Source: an uncultured delta proteobacterium (GTDB lineage Bacteria > Desulfobacterota > Zymogenia > Zymogenales > Zymogenaceae). From it: a stretch of 64,000 bases of DNA. Below are positions 52,484 to 62,230 of this stretch, one piece after another. Every line of letters starts with the position of its first letter. Position 1 is the first letter of the stretch. The stretch is from the NCBI GenBank assembly GCA_963792965.1, contig CAWBYW010000018.1, positions 91,262-155,261 of the forward strand, read 5' to 3'. The notes below the pieces were generated by a model that was not told the DNA's origin, ran no database searches, and worked only from the letters and a program-made list of their open reading frames with translations. The position numbers were made by a program, and so were the translations under genes.

Positions 52484-53981
52484 TTACCCGATCTTGTAGA
52501 TCGGGTCAAATATTTCTTTCATCCTTTTATATTTCTCAAAAAGCTGCGCATACCGGTCATGGTTCTCGGGTGAATGTAATATGACGACGTCGCGTCTCCG
52601 GCACTTCTCAATCGCTTCCGGGAAATCCCGGAATGCGCCGATCCCGACGCCCGCCAGCATCGCCGCCCCAAGGGCGGCACCCGCACGATCGGGGACCTTT
52701 CCATCGACCCCCAGGACATCCAGCACGATCTTCGTCCAGAGCCGGTTCTTGACCCCGCCACCTACCAGGACGAACTCCGAAAAGCCGGCGCCCACATCAC
52801 CGAGGGATGCCAGCGCATCATTGAGGGCGAAGGCGGTCCCCTCGTAGACGGACCTGATGAAATGGCCCCGCCTGTGAAACGCGCCGATGCCCCAGAAACT
52901 CCCCCGCAGGCGTGCGTCCCAGTAGGGCGCGTCCTCGCCCATCAGGTAGGGGTGAAAGACGAGGCCATCGCGATCCGAGGGGAATATCCCGGGCCTCGGC
53001 CTCCATCTCGCCGTAGGCTGCCTCCCCTCTTCCGGGGTCGGCATATAGAAGGTCCCTCAGCCAGGCCGTGGCCTGGGCGCATGACCGGGTGTTTATGTCC
53101 AGCATCCAGCGATGCGGCTGGACATAAGACCAGAGATAGCGACCGATCGCTCCGGCCCTGTCGATATCATCGACGACCGTCGAGAGGGCGCCGGAGGTCC
53201 CGAGCCTGATCTTGCACTGTTGAGACGAGACGATCCCCGCGGCCAGGAGCTCCGTCACGGCGTCGCTTCCCCCGGCAACCACGGGGGTGCCCTCGCGGAT
53301 GCCGCTCGCCGCCGACGCATCTTTCGTCACGCTTCCGACGACGGCATCCGACCCAACGATCGGGGGAAGCTTTCCGGCGTCTATCGAAAAGGCCTCGAGG
53401 ATTTCCGGGGACCACGCGCGCTCATCCAGGTCGTAGAACGAGCTCCCGGATGCGTCGCTATGGTCGGTCTGGAGGCTGCCCGAGAGACGGAAGGCGATAT
53501 AGTCCTTGGGAAAGATGATCCGTGATGTCTTTGCCCACACGTCGGGCTCTTCTCTCATGGTCCAGAGCACCTTCGGGAGGGTGCACATCGTGTTGAGGGG
53601 ATTTCTGGTGACGGAGGCCAGCAGCTCGGGTATCTTTCCCTTGATCTCCTCGACCTCTCTCGTACACCTGAGGTCGTTCCAGAGGATCGAGTCCCGGACG
53701 GTCTCGCCCGAGCTTCCGATGAAGGTGAGCCCGCGCATCTGCCCGGTGACGCCCACCGCGGCGATCTTATCAAGGATATTCTTCTTCTTGCCCGAGAGCG
53801 ACGCGAGCATCGTGAGGACCGAGTTGTACCAGACGTCGGGGTCCTGCTCGGAATATCCCACGGCTTTTGTCGAAGGGAGGTATTGGGCGGATGCCTCGTC
53901 GATGAACATTCCGCCCGTATCGATGACGGCGCACTTTGCGCCGCTCGTCCCGATATCTATTCCCAGGAGATATTCACTCAT
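52484..53981 (-). CDS. FGGY (xylulokinase-like) carbohydrate kinase, frameshift near 52972
   Basis: LGIDIGTSGAK, TGQM, ILWND, GGSD in one frame; FHPYLMGE, EG, GGG, ALGAA in the next. Confidence 0.87.
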
Positions 53982-54065
53982 TGCCCAGCAAGACCACGTG
54001 AGGTTGAAAGAAGGGCGTACGAGACATGACGTGCGCGTCTGGCGGCACCGTCACCCTCGTACTCT

Positions 54066-55604
54066 CTATAAGGATTCTTTTCCCACCATCCTAACAGTGT
54101 TTCGTGATGAAATCAATTGCGTCCAGACACCCGGCCCGCCCTCGCTCTGGCTCCCGATAAACCAGAGCCCCCGGAACGGCGTCCGGTGGGGGGCGCCGCT
54201 TTTCCCCTGAATCGGGCAATATCCCCCGAAGGAGTGGTGATCGGTCTGGTGGACCAGCCTGCCGAAATCCGACGGGCTGATGCTCGAGATGATCTCGGCG
54301 TCTTTTCTCAGTCCCGGCATGATCCTCTCCGCCTCTGTGAGGAGTTTTTCGGTCATCTCCTTTTTCCTGCTCCGCCACCCGCCCTGAATATGGCTCGGGG
54401 CGATCGTGTAGACCGTCAGGGCATGCTTTCCCGGTGGGGCCATCTCGGGCGAGTGGAGCGACGGGATGTAGATGAGAAACCCGTCCTTCCCCTCGTGGAA
54501 TAGACCGTTTCGGGTACGCCGTACCCCCGACTCGATGTCGTAGGTACCGTAATAGTAGTTGAGGGGGACGTCCTGATAGCGTGTCGGGTCCGTCGCCGTG
54601 CCGACGTGGACCATATAGATCGATTCCATGAGGGGGATATCGTCGATCTTTGCGCTGAACTCGGGGGGAAGCTCTTGGCGGCCGATCATCCTGAAGAAGC
54701 ATTCCCGGGCCCCGCCGCTTACCATCACAATATCAGCGTCCTTTCTCTCCCCATGAGCGAGCTCGAGGCCGACCGCCCTCTCTTTTTCGATCAGGATCTT
54801 GCTGACGCCCTGATTCGTGTGGATCTTCCCGCCCCGCTCGGTTATGGTCCGGCAGAGGGCACCCACGAGGTTCCCGCACCCCCCCTTGATAAACCGGTAC
54901 GTGATGTTCCTGGGGCCGATGAAAAGCGCGCGCCGCTGGGGAATCCTCCGGTCATAGGCGTTTTCCTGGTTCGAGAAGGGGATGCCCAGCGCCGGGTATT
55001 CGGTCGGAAGGATGACCATATCGGCCAGGATCGCCATGAAGACGAATTTCAATTTCGGGTCGGTAAAATAGCTGTCTATGAGCTGGCCCGCGTTGAGTCG
55101 CTCGTACTTCTTTATCGAATGCCAGAGAAGCGCCATGCCCAGCCCGAGCGGTATTTTACTCACGGGCCCGGAAACCTGAAACCGCCGCTCCAGCGTGATG
55201 AGATCGATCGTCTTTTCAAGGAACGCGTAAAACCGATCCAGCGCCTTGGACTGGCTCGGGAAGAGCTTTTTCAGCGCCTCCTTTCTCCAGTGCTCTCCCC
55301 CGTACTCTTTCGGCCGCGAGAGGGAAAAGTCGGGAAAGAAGAGCCCGCGGTCTCCCCTGATGGTCTCAAAGTCGCGGTTGCAGCCCAGCTCACAGAGTAT
55401 CCTGTCGGCGGGTTCTCCCGGCCCGAAGCCCTCCAACGCCATCGGGCCCAGGTCCCACGAGAAGCCGTTTTTCCTGACGGTGGCGGTCACGCCACCGACA
55501 TGATCGGCCTGCTCATAGACCTCCACCGAGCAACCCGCCCGGGCGAGATACGCGCCGGCGCACAGTCCCGCCATCCCCGATCCGACGATCACGGCCCGCG
55601 TCAT
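54066..55604 (-). CDS. Phytoene-desaturase-family FAD oxidoreductase
   Basis: IVGSGMAGL, E..VGG, WDLGP, SLHSPEMAPPGKH, GLWFIG. Confidence 0.85.
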   Translation of the reverse strand: MTRAVIVGSGMAGLCAGAYLARAGCSVEVYEQADHVGGVTATVRKNGFSWDLGPMALEGFGPGEPADRILCELGCNRDFETIRGDRGLFFPDFSLSRPKEYGGEHWRKEALKKLFPSQSKALDRFYAFLEKTIDLITLERRFQVSGPVSKIPLGLGMALLWHSIKKYERLNAGQLIDSYFTDPKLKFVFMAILADMVILPTEYPALGIPFSNQENAYDRRIPQRRALFIGPRNITYRFIKGGCGNLVGALCRTITERGGKIHTNQGVSKILIEKERAVGLELAHGERKDADIVMVSGGARECFFRMIGRQELPPEFSAKIDDIPLMESIYMVHVGTATDPTRYQDVPLNYYYGTYDIESGVRRTRNGLFHEGKDGFLIYIPSLHSPEMAPPGKHALTVYTIAPSHIQGGWRSRKKEMTEKLLTEAERIMPGLRKDAEIISSISPSDFGRLVHQTDHHSFGGYCPIQGKSGAPHRTPFRGLWFIGSQSEGGPGVWTQLISSRNTVRMVGKESL

Positions 55605-55816
55605 CCCTCACCTCTCACGTTGGAGTTGTTGGAGTGAACAAATACCCGCGGCGTGCCGGCCGCAGCCCGCCGATTCCTGATGGGAAAGGAGATAAAACGC
55701 ACAGTACAGATCATCTGAGGGCTCTGTTTCCGGCGGGCGCTCGATACAAAATAATATTATTGAGCGCATCTTTTTTCTTGCAATTCATCTCGGAACCGGC
55801 TATCTTTGCTATCGTC

Positions 55817-55844
55817 ATTATACACGTGTAGCTACACGTGTCAA
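55817..55844 (-). promoter_or_regulatory. Consensus sigma70 promoter overlapped by a perfect 20-bp palindromic operator
   Basis: TTGACA-N16-TATAAT; ACACGTGTAGCTACACGTGT at 55822-55841. Confidence 0.72.
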
Positions 55845-56091
55845 CTCTTTTCAGACTGCAATCTCGCTTTTTTCCGTCCTCTTTGGAGGCAGAAATGGTC
55901 GAGGCGCGTCCCTGTTATCACAATATTTCACCAAACAAGCTTTGCGTGGTGCGACGCGGCGCGTCCCGCCCCGACGCCGCTGCCCGCAACCTCACTGTCG
56001 CAGATAGTCCGCCGAGGTACAAAACTGACGACATTCGCTTCTCTTTTCAGGACCACCTCAATCAGCAGAAGAAGGAGGGGAAGTCATACGT

Positions 56092-56700
56092 ATGGATAGT
56101 GGCACACAACTCCCGAACAACATGATGCATTTTATCCTTATGCAATTTGACAACACCATGGGGCCAAACGGAACCAGAGCGGTGCTCAATTATTCCGGGC
56201 TCAGCCGGTTGATAGACAACTACCCGCCCAGAGACTTCAACCCCGGCGAGCCGCTCAAGACCTTTTTTGCGCTGATCGCATCGGTCCTGGAGCTGTACGG
56301 CGAGAATGGGTATCGAGCGCTTATTCGCGACGTGGGCAAGAAGACGTTCTACGAAATGATGACGGCCTTCCCGTGGCTTTTCGAAGTGGAAGATACGTTG
56401 CTTGCCGGTCTGTCTCCGGCCCAGAAGTTCGGAGTAACTTATAAGTCGTACGTCGATAAGGCGTCGAAAATCTTTGACGCAAAGACATCCATCCAGCTTT
56501 CTCACAATAAGATAATCGATACGGCCTTCGAGTGCGTATGGTGTATGGGGCTTAAGTCGAACGGCCCGATCTGCATCTTCACTGAAGATTTCTACGCGGC
56601 CATGGCCGAGTGGGTGGGCCTCTCGACGATAAAGGTTGTCGAAACCCACTGCAGGGCCGCGGGGGATGAGGCGTGCGTATTTGTCAGTACGTTTGCATGA
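56092..56700 (+). CDS. V4R-domain protein
   Basis: GPNGTRAVLNYSGL..IDNYPP, CVWC, VVETHCRAAGDEACVF. Confidence 0.8.
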   Translation: MDSGTQLPNNMMHFILMQFDNTMGPNGTRAVLNYSGLSRLIDNYPPRDFNPGEPLKTFFALIASVLELYGENGYRALIRDVGKKTFYEMMTAFPWLFEVEDTLLAGLSPAQKFGVTYKSYVDKASKIFDAKTSIQLSHNKIIDTAFECVWCMGLKSNGPICIFTEDFYAAMAEWVGLSTIKVVETHCRAAGDEACVFVSTFA

Positions 56701-56812
56701 TCTCTATAACGGGTGGCGAATGAAGGATTCACGTAAGACCATGTAACATGGCCGTACTAAAACGCGCGGCGCCTGCCGGCGCGATCGGTCTCTTATCCAA
56801 TAGGGGGAAACC

Positions 56813-58321
56813 ATGAAGGCGGCAATCATCGGCTCCGGTGTTTCGGGACTGGCGGCCGCGGCCCTGCTGGCCAAAGAGGGCCACGCCGTAACGGTCTTCG
56901 AGCAGTATCCAACGATCGGCGGCGTCACCGCCACGATCAGCCAGGACGGTTACCGCTGGGACCTCGGGCCCATGTTGCTGCCCGACCTCGGCCCCGGGGA
57001 GCCCGGGAGGGTGATACTCGAAAAGCTCGGGGTGTCGGACAAAGTGCCGGTCATCAAATCCTACCGGGAAAACTACTTCCCCGATTTCCGCATCAAACGT
57101 CCGAAGGAGTGCGCCGGCCCGCACGGCAGGAAGGCGTTTTTCAAAGAGACCTTCCCCCAGGACGCCGCCGGCGTAGAGCGCTACTTCGAGTTCTACGACC
57201 GCATCCACGACATGGCCGCGCTCTACGCCAAGGGTGACCTCCTCTCGAAGGTCAGGCTCTTTGCCAAGCTCTTGCCGGTCATGAGGATGAAAAACTGGAG
57301 CGCGGAAAGAGTCATGGACCATTTCTTTACGGACGACCGGCTCAAGACCGTCTTCACCGCAATACTTGCGGATTACGTCATGCCCCCCGCCCGCTTTCCG
57401 GGGATGATCCTTCCCCTCATCAACGCCGAGCAGCAGTACGACGAACGCACGCCCCTGGACTACGGGGGGCACGAGCACCGCTCGTCCTGGTCGTTTATCG
57501 AAAACGGGTGCCAGAGCCTCGTCGACGCGCTCGCCTCCTCGATCCGGTCGCACGGCGGCAAGATACTCACGAAGACGCCGGTAAAAAAGATCACGATCAA
57601 GGGCCGTAAGGTCACGGGCGTTGTCTACGGCGACGGGCGCCAGGCACCCTTCGACTGCGTCGTGGCAAGCGGCGGCGCAAGGGAGCTCTTCTTCGGCCTC
57701 GTGGGGCGCGAGCACCTCCCCGAGCGGTTCGTCACAAAATACCTCGACCCGATCGCGCTCACCGAGTCGGTCTTCATGGTCCACCTCGGCGTCGACTTTG
57801 ACCCCACGAAGTTCCAGAACGGGGCCCCCGTCTGCTATTACTATATGAGCTATGACATCGACCACGACATCAGGAAATGCATAGACGGCGTCTATCACGA
57901 GGGAAAAGACGGCTTCCTCCTCTATAACCTCTCCACCCACTCGCCCACGATGGCGCCGCCGGGCCACCACGCGCTGTCGGTCATCACCATCGCGCCCAAT
58001 GACCCGGTCAACGGGAGCTGGAAAGAGAAGAAGGAGGCCTGGGCCGACCAGCTCGTCGGGTATGCCGAGGAGTTCATCCCGGATCTCTCAAAGCACATAA
58101 AGACGCGCGTCGTGCTGACCCCGGAAGATTTCAAAAAACGCACCGCGCTTGCCCACCACGCCTTCGGGGGCTGCACCCCGGCGCTGGACTCCTCCCCCCC
58201 GAAGCGCGAGACCCCCATCGAGGGCCTCTGGTTTGTCGGCGCCCAGAGCGAGACCTACGGCGGCGTCACCAACGCCATGGTCGGGGCAGGCGGCGCGGTC
58301 GACAGGATCTTGAAGAAGTAG
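56813..58321 (+). CDS. Phytoene-desaturase-family FAD oxidoreductase (paralogue of 54066-55604)
   Basis: IIGSGVSGL, WDLGP, YHEGKDGFL, MAPPGHH, GLWFVGAQSE. Confidence 0.85.
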   Translation: MKAAIIGSGVSGLAAAALLAKEGHAVTVFEQYPTIGGVTATISQDGYRWDLGPMLLPDLGPGEPGRVILEKLGVSDKVPVIKSYRENYFPDFRIKRPKECAGPHGRKAFFKETFPQDAAGVERYFEFYDRIHDMAALYAKGDLLSKVRLFAKLLPVMRMKNWSAERVMDHFFTDDRLKTVFTAILADYVMPPARFPGMILPLINAEQQYDERTPLDYGGHEHRSSWSFIENGCQSLVDALASSIRSHGGKILTKTPVKKITIKGRKVTGVVYGDGRQAPFDCVVASGGARELFFGLVGREHLPERFVTKYLDPIALTESVFMVHLGVDFDPTKFQNGAPVCYYYMSYDIDHDIRKCIDGVYHEGKDGFLLYNLSTHSPTMAPPGHHALSVITIAPNDPVNGSWKEKKEAWADQLVGYAEEFIPDLSKHIKTRVVLTPEDFKKRTALAHHAFGGCTPALDSSPPKRETPIEGLWFVGAQSETYGGVTNAMVGAGGAVDRILKK

Positions 58322-58369
58322 GCGCGCGCAAGCGATCGATATCGTCCACCCACGCGAAGAGGCATAAGC

Positions 58370-59803
58370 ATGAAGAAGCAAAAGGATTCGGAAACGACGA
58401 AAACGGAGATCTCCCCGGAGGACCGCGTGCCCACGGGCATGAAGATCGGTTACGGGATCGGGGATTTCGGGGCGAATTTAGTATTCCTGGCGACGCTCTT
58501 TTACGTCCTCTACTACTTCACCGACGTGCTGGGCATCCCCCCCGCGACGGCCGGGATCATCGTGCTTGCCTCCAAGATCTGGGACGCCTCCATCGACCCG
58601 GTCATGGGCAACGTCTCGGACCGAACCCGGAGCCGCTGGGGCAGGAAGCGGCCGTATCTGCTGTTCGGGGCCGTCCCCGTGGGGATCGCCGTCTTCCTCC
58701 TTTTCTACACGCCCGATTTTTCGAAGCTTGCGCCAAGCGTCGTTGACTACCGGATCGTCTGGGCGCTGATCACCTATATCCTCTTTTGCACGGCGATTGC
58801 CATCGTCAACGTGCCCTACGCCGCGCTGACCGCGGCCATGACGCGGGATTCCCACGAGCGCGCGGTGATCACCGGCTACCGCATGACCTTCGGCATCATC
58901 GGGACGCTGGTGGCCGCCGGCGCGACCCTGCCCCTGGTGGGGGTGTTCGGCCACGGGGACCCCGTAATCGGCTTTCGCGCGGTCGGCCTGATCTACGGCG
59001 CGCTCATCGCGCTGGCCACGCTCGTCGCGTTTCTCGCCACGAAGGAGCGCGTCGGCACGCTGGAGGAAGAGAGCCACAAGACCCCGACGAAAGAGACGAT
59101 ACACGCCGTGCTCAATAACCGGCCCTTTCTGCTGCTGCTCTTTGCCACCCTCATGTTCATGATCGGCATGAACACGGTGGCCGCGGTGGTGACCTACTAC
59201 TTCAAGTATAACCTCCACGCCGAAAAGCTCGTGGCGGTGGCAAACCTCTGCATCTTCATCCCGGCGCTGCTCTCCTTGCCGCTCTTCGTATTCATCGGCA
59301 AGAAGCTGAGCAAGAAGTTCGCCTACAACCTCGGGATGGGGATCGTGGCGGCGATGCTGCTGTTGATCTTCTTCTTCGGCGAGAGGAGCCTCGCCCTCAC
59401 GTTCGCGTTTCCTCGTGGTGGCGGGGATCGGGCTCTGCACCAACTGGCTCTCTCCCTGGGCCATCATACCGGATACGGTGGAGTATTCCGAGTGGAAGCT
59501 CGGGATTCGCCAGGAGGGGATCCTCTACGGGATATTCTTTTTCGTGTTCAAGTTCGGGGCGGCGGTGGCGGGATTCCTGGTGGGAAAGGTGCTGGAGCTG
59601 ACGGGATACGTCGCCAACCAGGCGCAGACGGGGCGGCGCTGATGGGGATCAGGTCGCTCTTGACGATATTCCCGCTCGTCTTCATGGTCGCGGGGATCGT
59701 GATCCTGTCGTTTTTCCCGATCGACGCCGCCATGCACCGGCACATGATAGAGGAGATAAAGGCAAAGAAGGGAGTAGCGAGGACGGAGTCGGCAGACTTA
59801 TAG
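58370..59803 (+). CDS. GPH/MelB-family MFS sugar-cation symporter with two compensating indels
   Basis: GYGIGDFG, DPVMG..SDRTRSRWGRKRP, VPYAAL; WAIIPDTVEYSEWKLG..EG lies in a shifted frame at about 59410-59635. Confidence 0.88.
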   Translation: MKKQKDSETTKTEISPEDRVPTGMKIGYGIGDFGANLVFLATLFYVLYYFTDVLGIPPATAGIIVLASKIWDASIDPVMGNVSDRTRSRWGRKRPYLLFGAVPVGIAVFLLFYTPDFSKLAPSVVDYRIVWALITYILFCTAIAIVNVPYAALTAAMTRDSHERAVITGYRMTFGIIGTLVAAGATLPLVGVFGHGDPVIGFRAVGLIYGALIALATLVAFLATKERVGTLEEESHKTPTKETIHAVLNNRPFLLLLFATLMFMIGMNTVAAVVTYYFKYNLHAEKLVAVANLCIFIPALLSLPLFVFIGKKLSKKFAYNLGMGIVAAMLLLIFFFGERSLALTFAFPRGGGDRALHQLALSLGHHTGYGGVFRVEARDSPGGDPLRDILFRVQVRGGGGGIPGGKGAGADGIRRQPGADGAALMGIRSLLTIFPLVFMVAGIVILSFFPIDAAMHRHMIEEIKAKKGVARTESADL

Positions 59804-59923
59804 TACGATACATGCGACGCCGTAACCCCGGAAGGCCGGGGCGTGAAGGGACTCGTCGAGGATTATGTACGGGAGAAGAACGAGGAGTGAGGGGAGGGCG
59901 AGGATGGATGCGAGATCATCTCA

Positions 59924-60160
59924 CTACTTCTTGCATTCCGAGAGCAGTTGAAAATATCTCTCTCTGCTCATATTGGCCGTTCTCATATTGCTTTGGATAA
60001 TCTCCACGCCGACTTCACTGTATTTCGGTATGATGATCGGCCTGGCGCAGCCCGGCTTATTGTACGCCCGGTGAGAACCCTCTTCCCGCTCAAAAACGAA
60101 ACCATCTTTTTCAAACACACACGCAAGGATCTTCCAGTGCTGGGGGGTGAGGCGCGGCAC
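59924..60160 (-). CDS. HicA-family toxin
   Basis: FEKDGFVFEREEGSH, IIIP; start probably the GTG at 60160 (ORF track starts at 60172). Confidence 0.78.
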   Translation of the reverse strand: MPRLTPQHWKILACVFEKDGFVFEREEGSHRAYNKPGCARPIIIPKYSEVGVEIIQSNMRTANMSRERYFQLLSECKK

Positions 60161-60468
60161 TATGAGGCGCACCGGCCGTGGGCACGCAGGTCAAATGGGA
60201 CGGTTATAAATGAGGAGGTATCTTTTTTAGATGACTTGCCTGGTTTTTTCGCCAGCGAAAAACCGCATTCTTTTAAGGCATCTTCCAGCGTGTTGCGCTC
60301 ATAACAGGAAAGCAGGAAAAGCCGCAGCGCCTCCTCAAGGTTCTTTCTCGCCTCTTCTTCGGTCGATCCCTGGGAGAATACGTCCAGCACCGGGCACGAC
60401 GATACCCAATAGGAGGCCTTCTTTTTTACTCTCGCCGGTACCTTAATCTCGAACACGACCCTGTTCAT
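60160..60468 (-). CDS. HicB-family antitoxin
   Basis: WVSSCPVLDVFSQGSTEEEARKNLEEALRL; GGAGG RBS. Confidence 0.82.
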   Translation of the reverse strand: MNRVVFEIKVPARVKKKASYWVSSCPVLDVFSQGSTEEEARKNLEEALRLFLLSCYERNTLEDALKECGFSLAKKPGKSSKKDTSSFITVPFDLRAHGRCAS

Positions 60469-60589
60469 CTTACATTCCCTCCGTGAGCTTCATTGTCCGA
60501 CGCGCGCCTGACGGTGTAAAGACAAAGGAATTTACTAATAGAGATTCTCATCGATTTTCTTACGGAACCACGTTGGATCAACCTCAAAA

Positions 60590-60649
60590 TCACCCTATGC
60601 CGGCACCTATCGCGTCGAGGATGTCGGATAGTCGCTCCCGGTCGTACCT
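60590..60649 (-). pseudogene. HEPN/DUF86 toxin remnant
   Basis: RYDRERLSDILDAI directly after the MNT stop resembles the DUF86 N-terminus; no start codon, early stop. Confidence 0.5.
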
Positions 60650-60946
60650 CTAGAGCGGCACGGCCTCATCCAGAACCCGCCGGCGAATCCTCGGCCTCAG
60701 ACCCCGCTCGCTCACGACATCCACCGGGCGGCCGACGAGCCCTTCGAGCTCGCGAGTGAGCGCCGCCTGTTTGAGCAGGGTAAATCCCGGCCCGGGCAGG
60801 ACGAGGAGGTCCAGGTCGCTCTTGTCGTCGATCTCTCCCCGCACGGCCGAGCCGAAGACGCGGACGTTCGTTAGGCCGTACCGACGGGTAATATCGAGTA
60901 TCTTTGTCCGGGTTTTGGGAGATACTATTTGTGAAATCGCGTTCAT
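60650..60946 (-). CDS. Minimal nucleotidyltransferase (MNT antitoxin)
   Basis: VRVFGSAVRGE...SDLDLLV, GRPVDVVSE. Confidence 0.87.
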   Translation of the reverse strand: MNAISQIVSPKTRTKILDITRRYGLTNVRVFGSAVRGEIDDKSDLDLLVLPGPGFTLLKQAALTRELEGLVGRPVDVVSERGLRPRIRRRVLDEAVPL

Positions 60947-61019
60947 GATGAATTACTATATCATATAATTTTGGTGCTTTTCTATAAAAATGTTCCAGGT
61001 GCCACCACCGGATCGAGGT

Positions 61020-61160
61020 GTCATCGGGATTTCCACGAAGCCCATCCGCGAGGGGTTGATCTACCATACGATGACCGATACGGTCGATCGGCTGGACCTC
61101 GAGGCGGTGAAGATGAGTATGGGACTCGCGGTGGAGTATATCAGGGAGATGGATACGTAA
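61020..61160 (+). pseudogene. C-terminal fragment resembling an M28 peptidase
   Basis: GLIYHTMTDTVDRLDLEAV...YIREMDT* with no intact N-terminus. Confidence 0.45.
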
Positions 61161-61203
61161 GGACGGCGGAATTGTCGATGCCAAAAAACAATTGTGATTG
61201 TCC

Positions 61204-61233
61204 AAGGGGGCCGGAGTAATCCGGCCCCCTTTT
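61204..61233. terminator. Intrinsic terminator, possibly bidirectional
   Basis: AAGGGGGCCGGA-GTAA-TCCGGCCCCCTTTT. Confidence 0.8.
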
Positions 61234-61286
61234 GTTTATGTCTCACGGTCGCCGCAGGTGACCTGGCCCTCGCTTTCTCGCGTGGG

Positions 61287-61559
61287 TTAGCGACCGTGGC
61301 CGTGGTCATGGCCGCGGTCGAAGTCGTGGTCGTAGTCTTGGTAGTGGTGGTAGCCCTGGTGGAAATCGCGGTCGTAGCCGAAGTTGAGGATGAGCCCCCC
61401 GGGCCCGTAGTTGTCATCATAATAGTTGTCGCCGTAATAGCCGTACGGGCTGCCGTAGCCATAGTAGGGGCCGACATAGGGAACGCAGCCCGCGCCAAAC
61501 AAGAGCAGGGCCGCGCCGAGAGCGGCGGCCGCCGCGACGCCGAGTAATGATCTTTTCAT
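61287..61559 (-). CDS. Small Tyr/Gly/His-rich lipoprotein
   Basis: AGGAGG RBS; signal peptide ending LFGAG-C; YYG repeats; DH/HG-rich tail. Confidence 0.65.
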   Translation of the reverse strand: MKRSLLGVAAAAALGAALLLFGAGCVPYVGPYYGYGSPYGYYGDNYYDDNYGPGGLILNFGYDRDFHQGYHHYQDYDHDFDRGHDHGHGR

Positions 61560-61696
61560 GGTTTGACCCTCCTTTCCCGCGCCGTTTTCCCGGCTTTTAG
61601 CTTTTATATATATAAACAGTTTATTGCGTCATACCCTTCGGTGAGAGCCGCAGCGGGCGGGGCGCCGGCGCGATGGGGAAGCGGGGGTGAAGGGAC

Positions 61697-61897
61697 GGGC
61701 GGCGGTGGCGGGATTTTTGGTGGGGAAGGTGTTGACCTGACGGGCTACGCCGCCAGCCAGGCAGAGACGGACGCGGCGCTCTTTGGCTCAGGCCGCTCTT
61801 GACGATATTCCCGCTCGTCTTCATCTCGCGGGCTCGTGAGCTGTCGTTTTTCCCGATCGACGCGCCCATGCACCGGCACATAATAGAGGAGATAAAG
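61697..61897 (+). repeat. Degenerate duplicate of the GPH transporter 3' end (59557-59761)
   Basis: Shared blocks GGGCGGCGGTGGCGGGATT, CGCTCTTGACGATATTCCCGCTCGTCTTCAT, CTGTCGTTTTTCCCGATCGACGC, ATAGAGGAGATAAAG. Confidence 0.85.
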
Positions 61898-62230
61898 AAG
61901 AAGGGATAGCTCGCCGCGCTTTAACGATGACTGCCGATATCATGCCGCCGGGGTCCACCGGCGGCAGACCTCGCTCTTCCCAGAGCAAGCCTACGATAAG
62001 TTCATCTGTGGTTTTCCTTGCGTCGTGATACTTCATGACTTCCTTCCTTCCCGGCCGCCACCACTAAGAAACGCATGACTGTTTCCGGAGGGGCAAATGT
62101 CGGAACTAAAAAAACAAGTTTTCTGTAGATTTAGTGAGAACTATTTGATATAAAGTTGCTAATATCGCTTTGGTTAGTTTTCATTGAGAGTAATTAAAAT
62201 AGTCCCCCATTATCTTGGACTGGTAGTTTT

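Noticed and set aside
54066-58321. Carotenoid biosynthesis cluster
   Set aside because: No phytoene synthase, GGPP synthase or cyclase nearby
61821-62036. 71-aa minus-strand ORF with a purine-rich RBS
   Set aside because: It runs into the decayed transporter duplicate and has no recognisable motif; support is too weak to call
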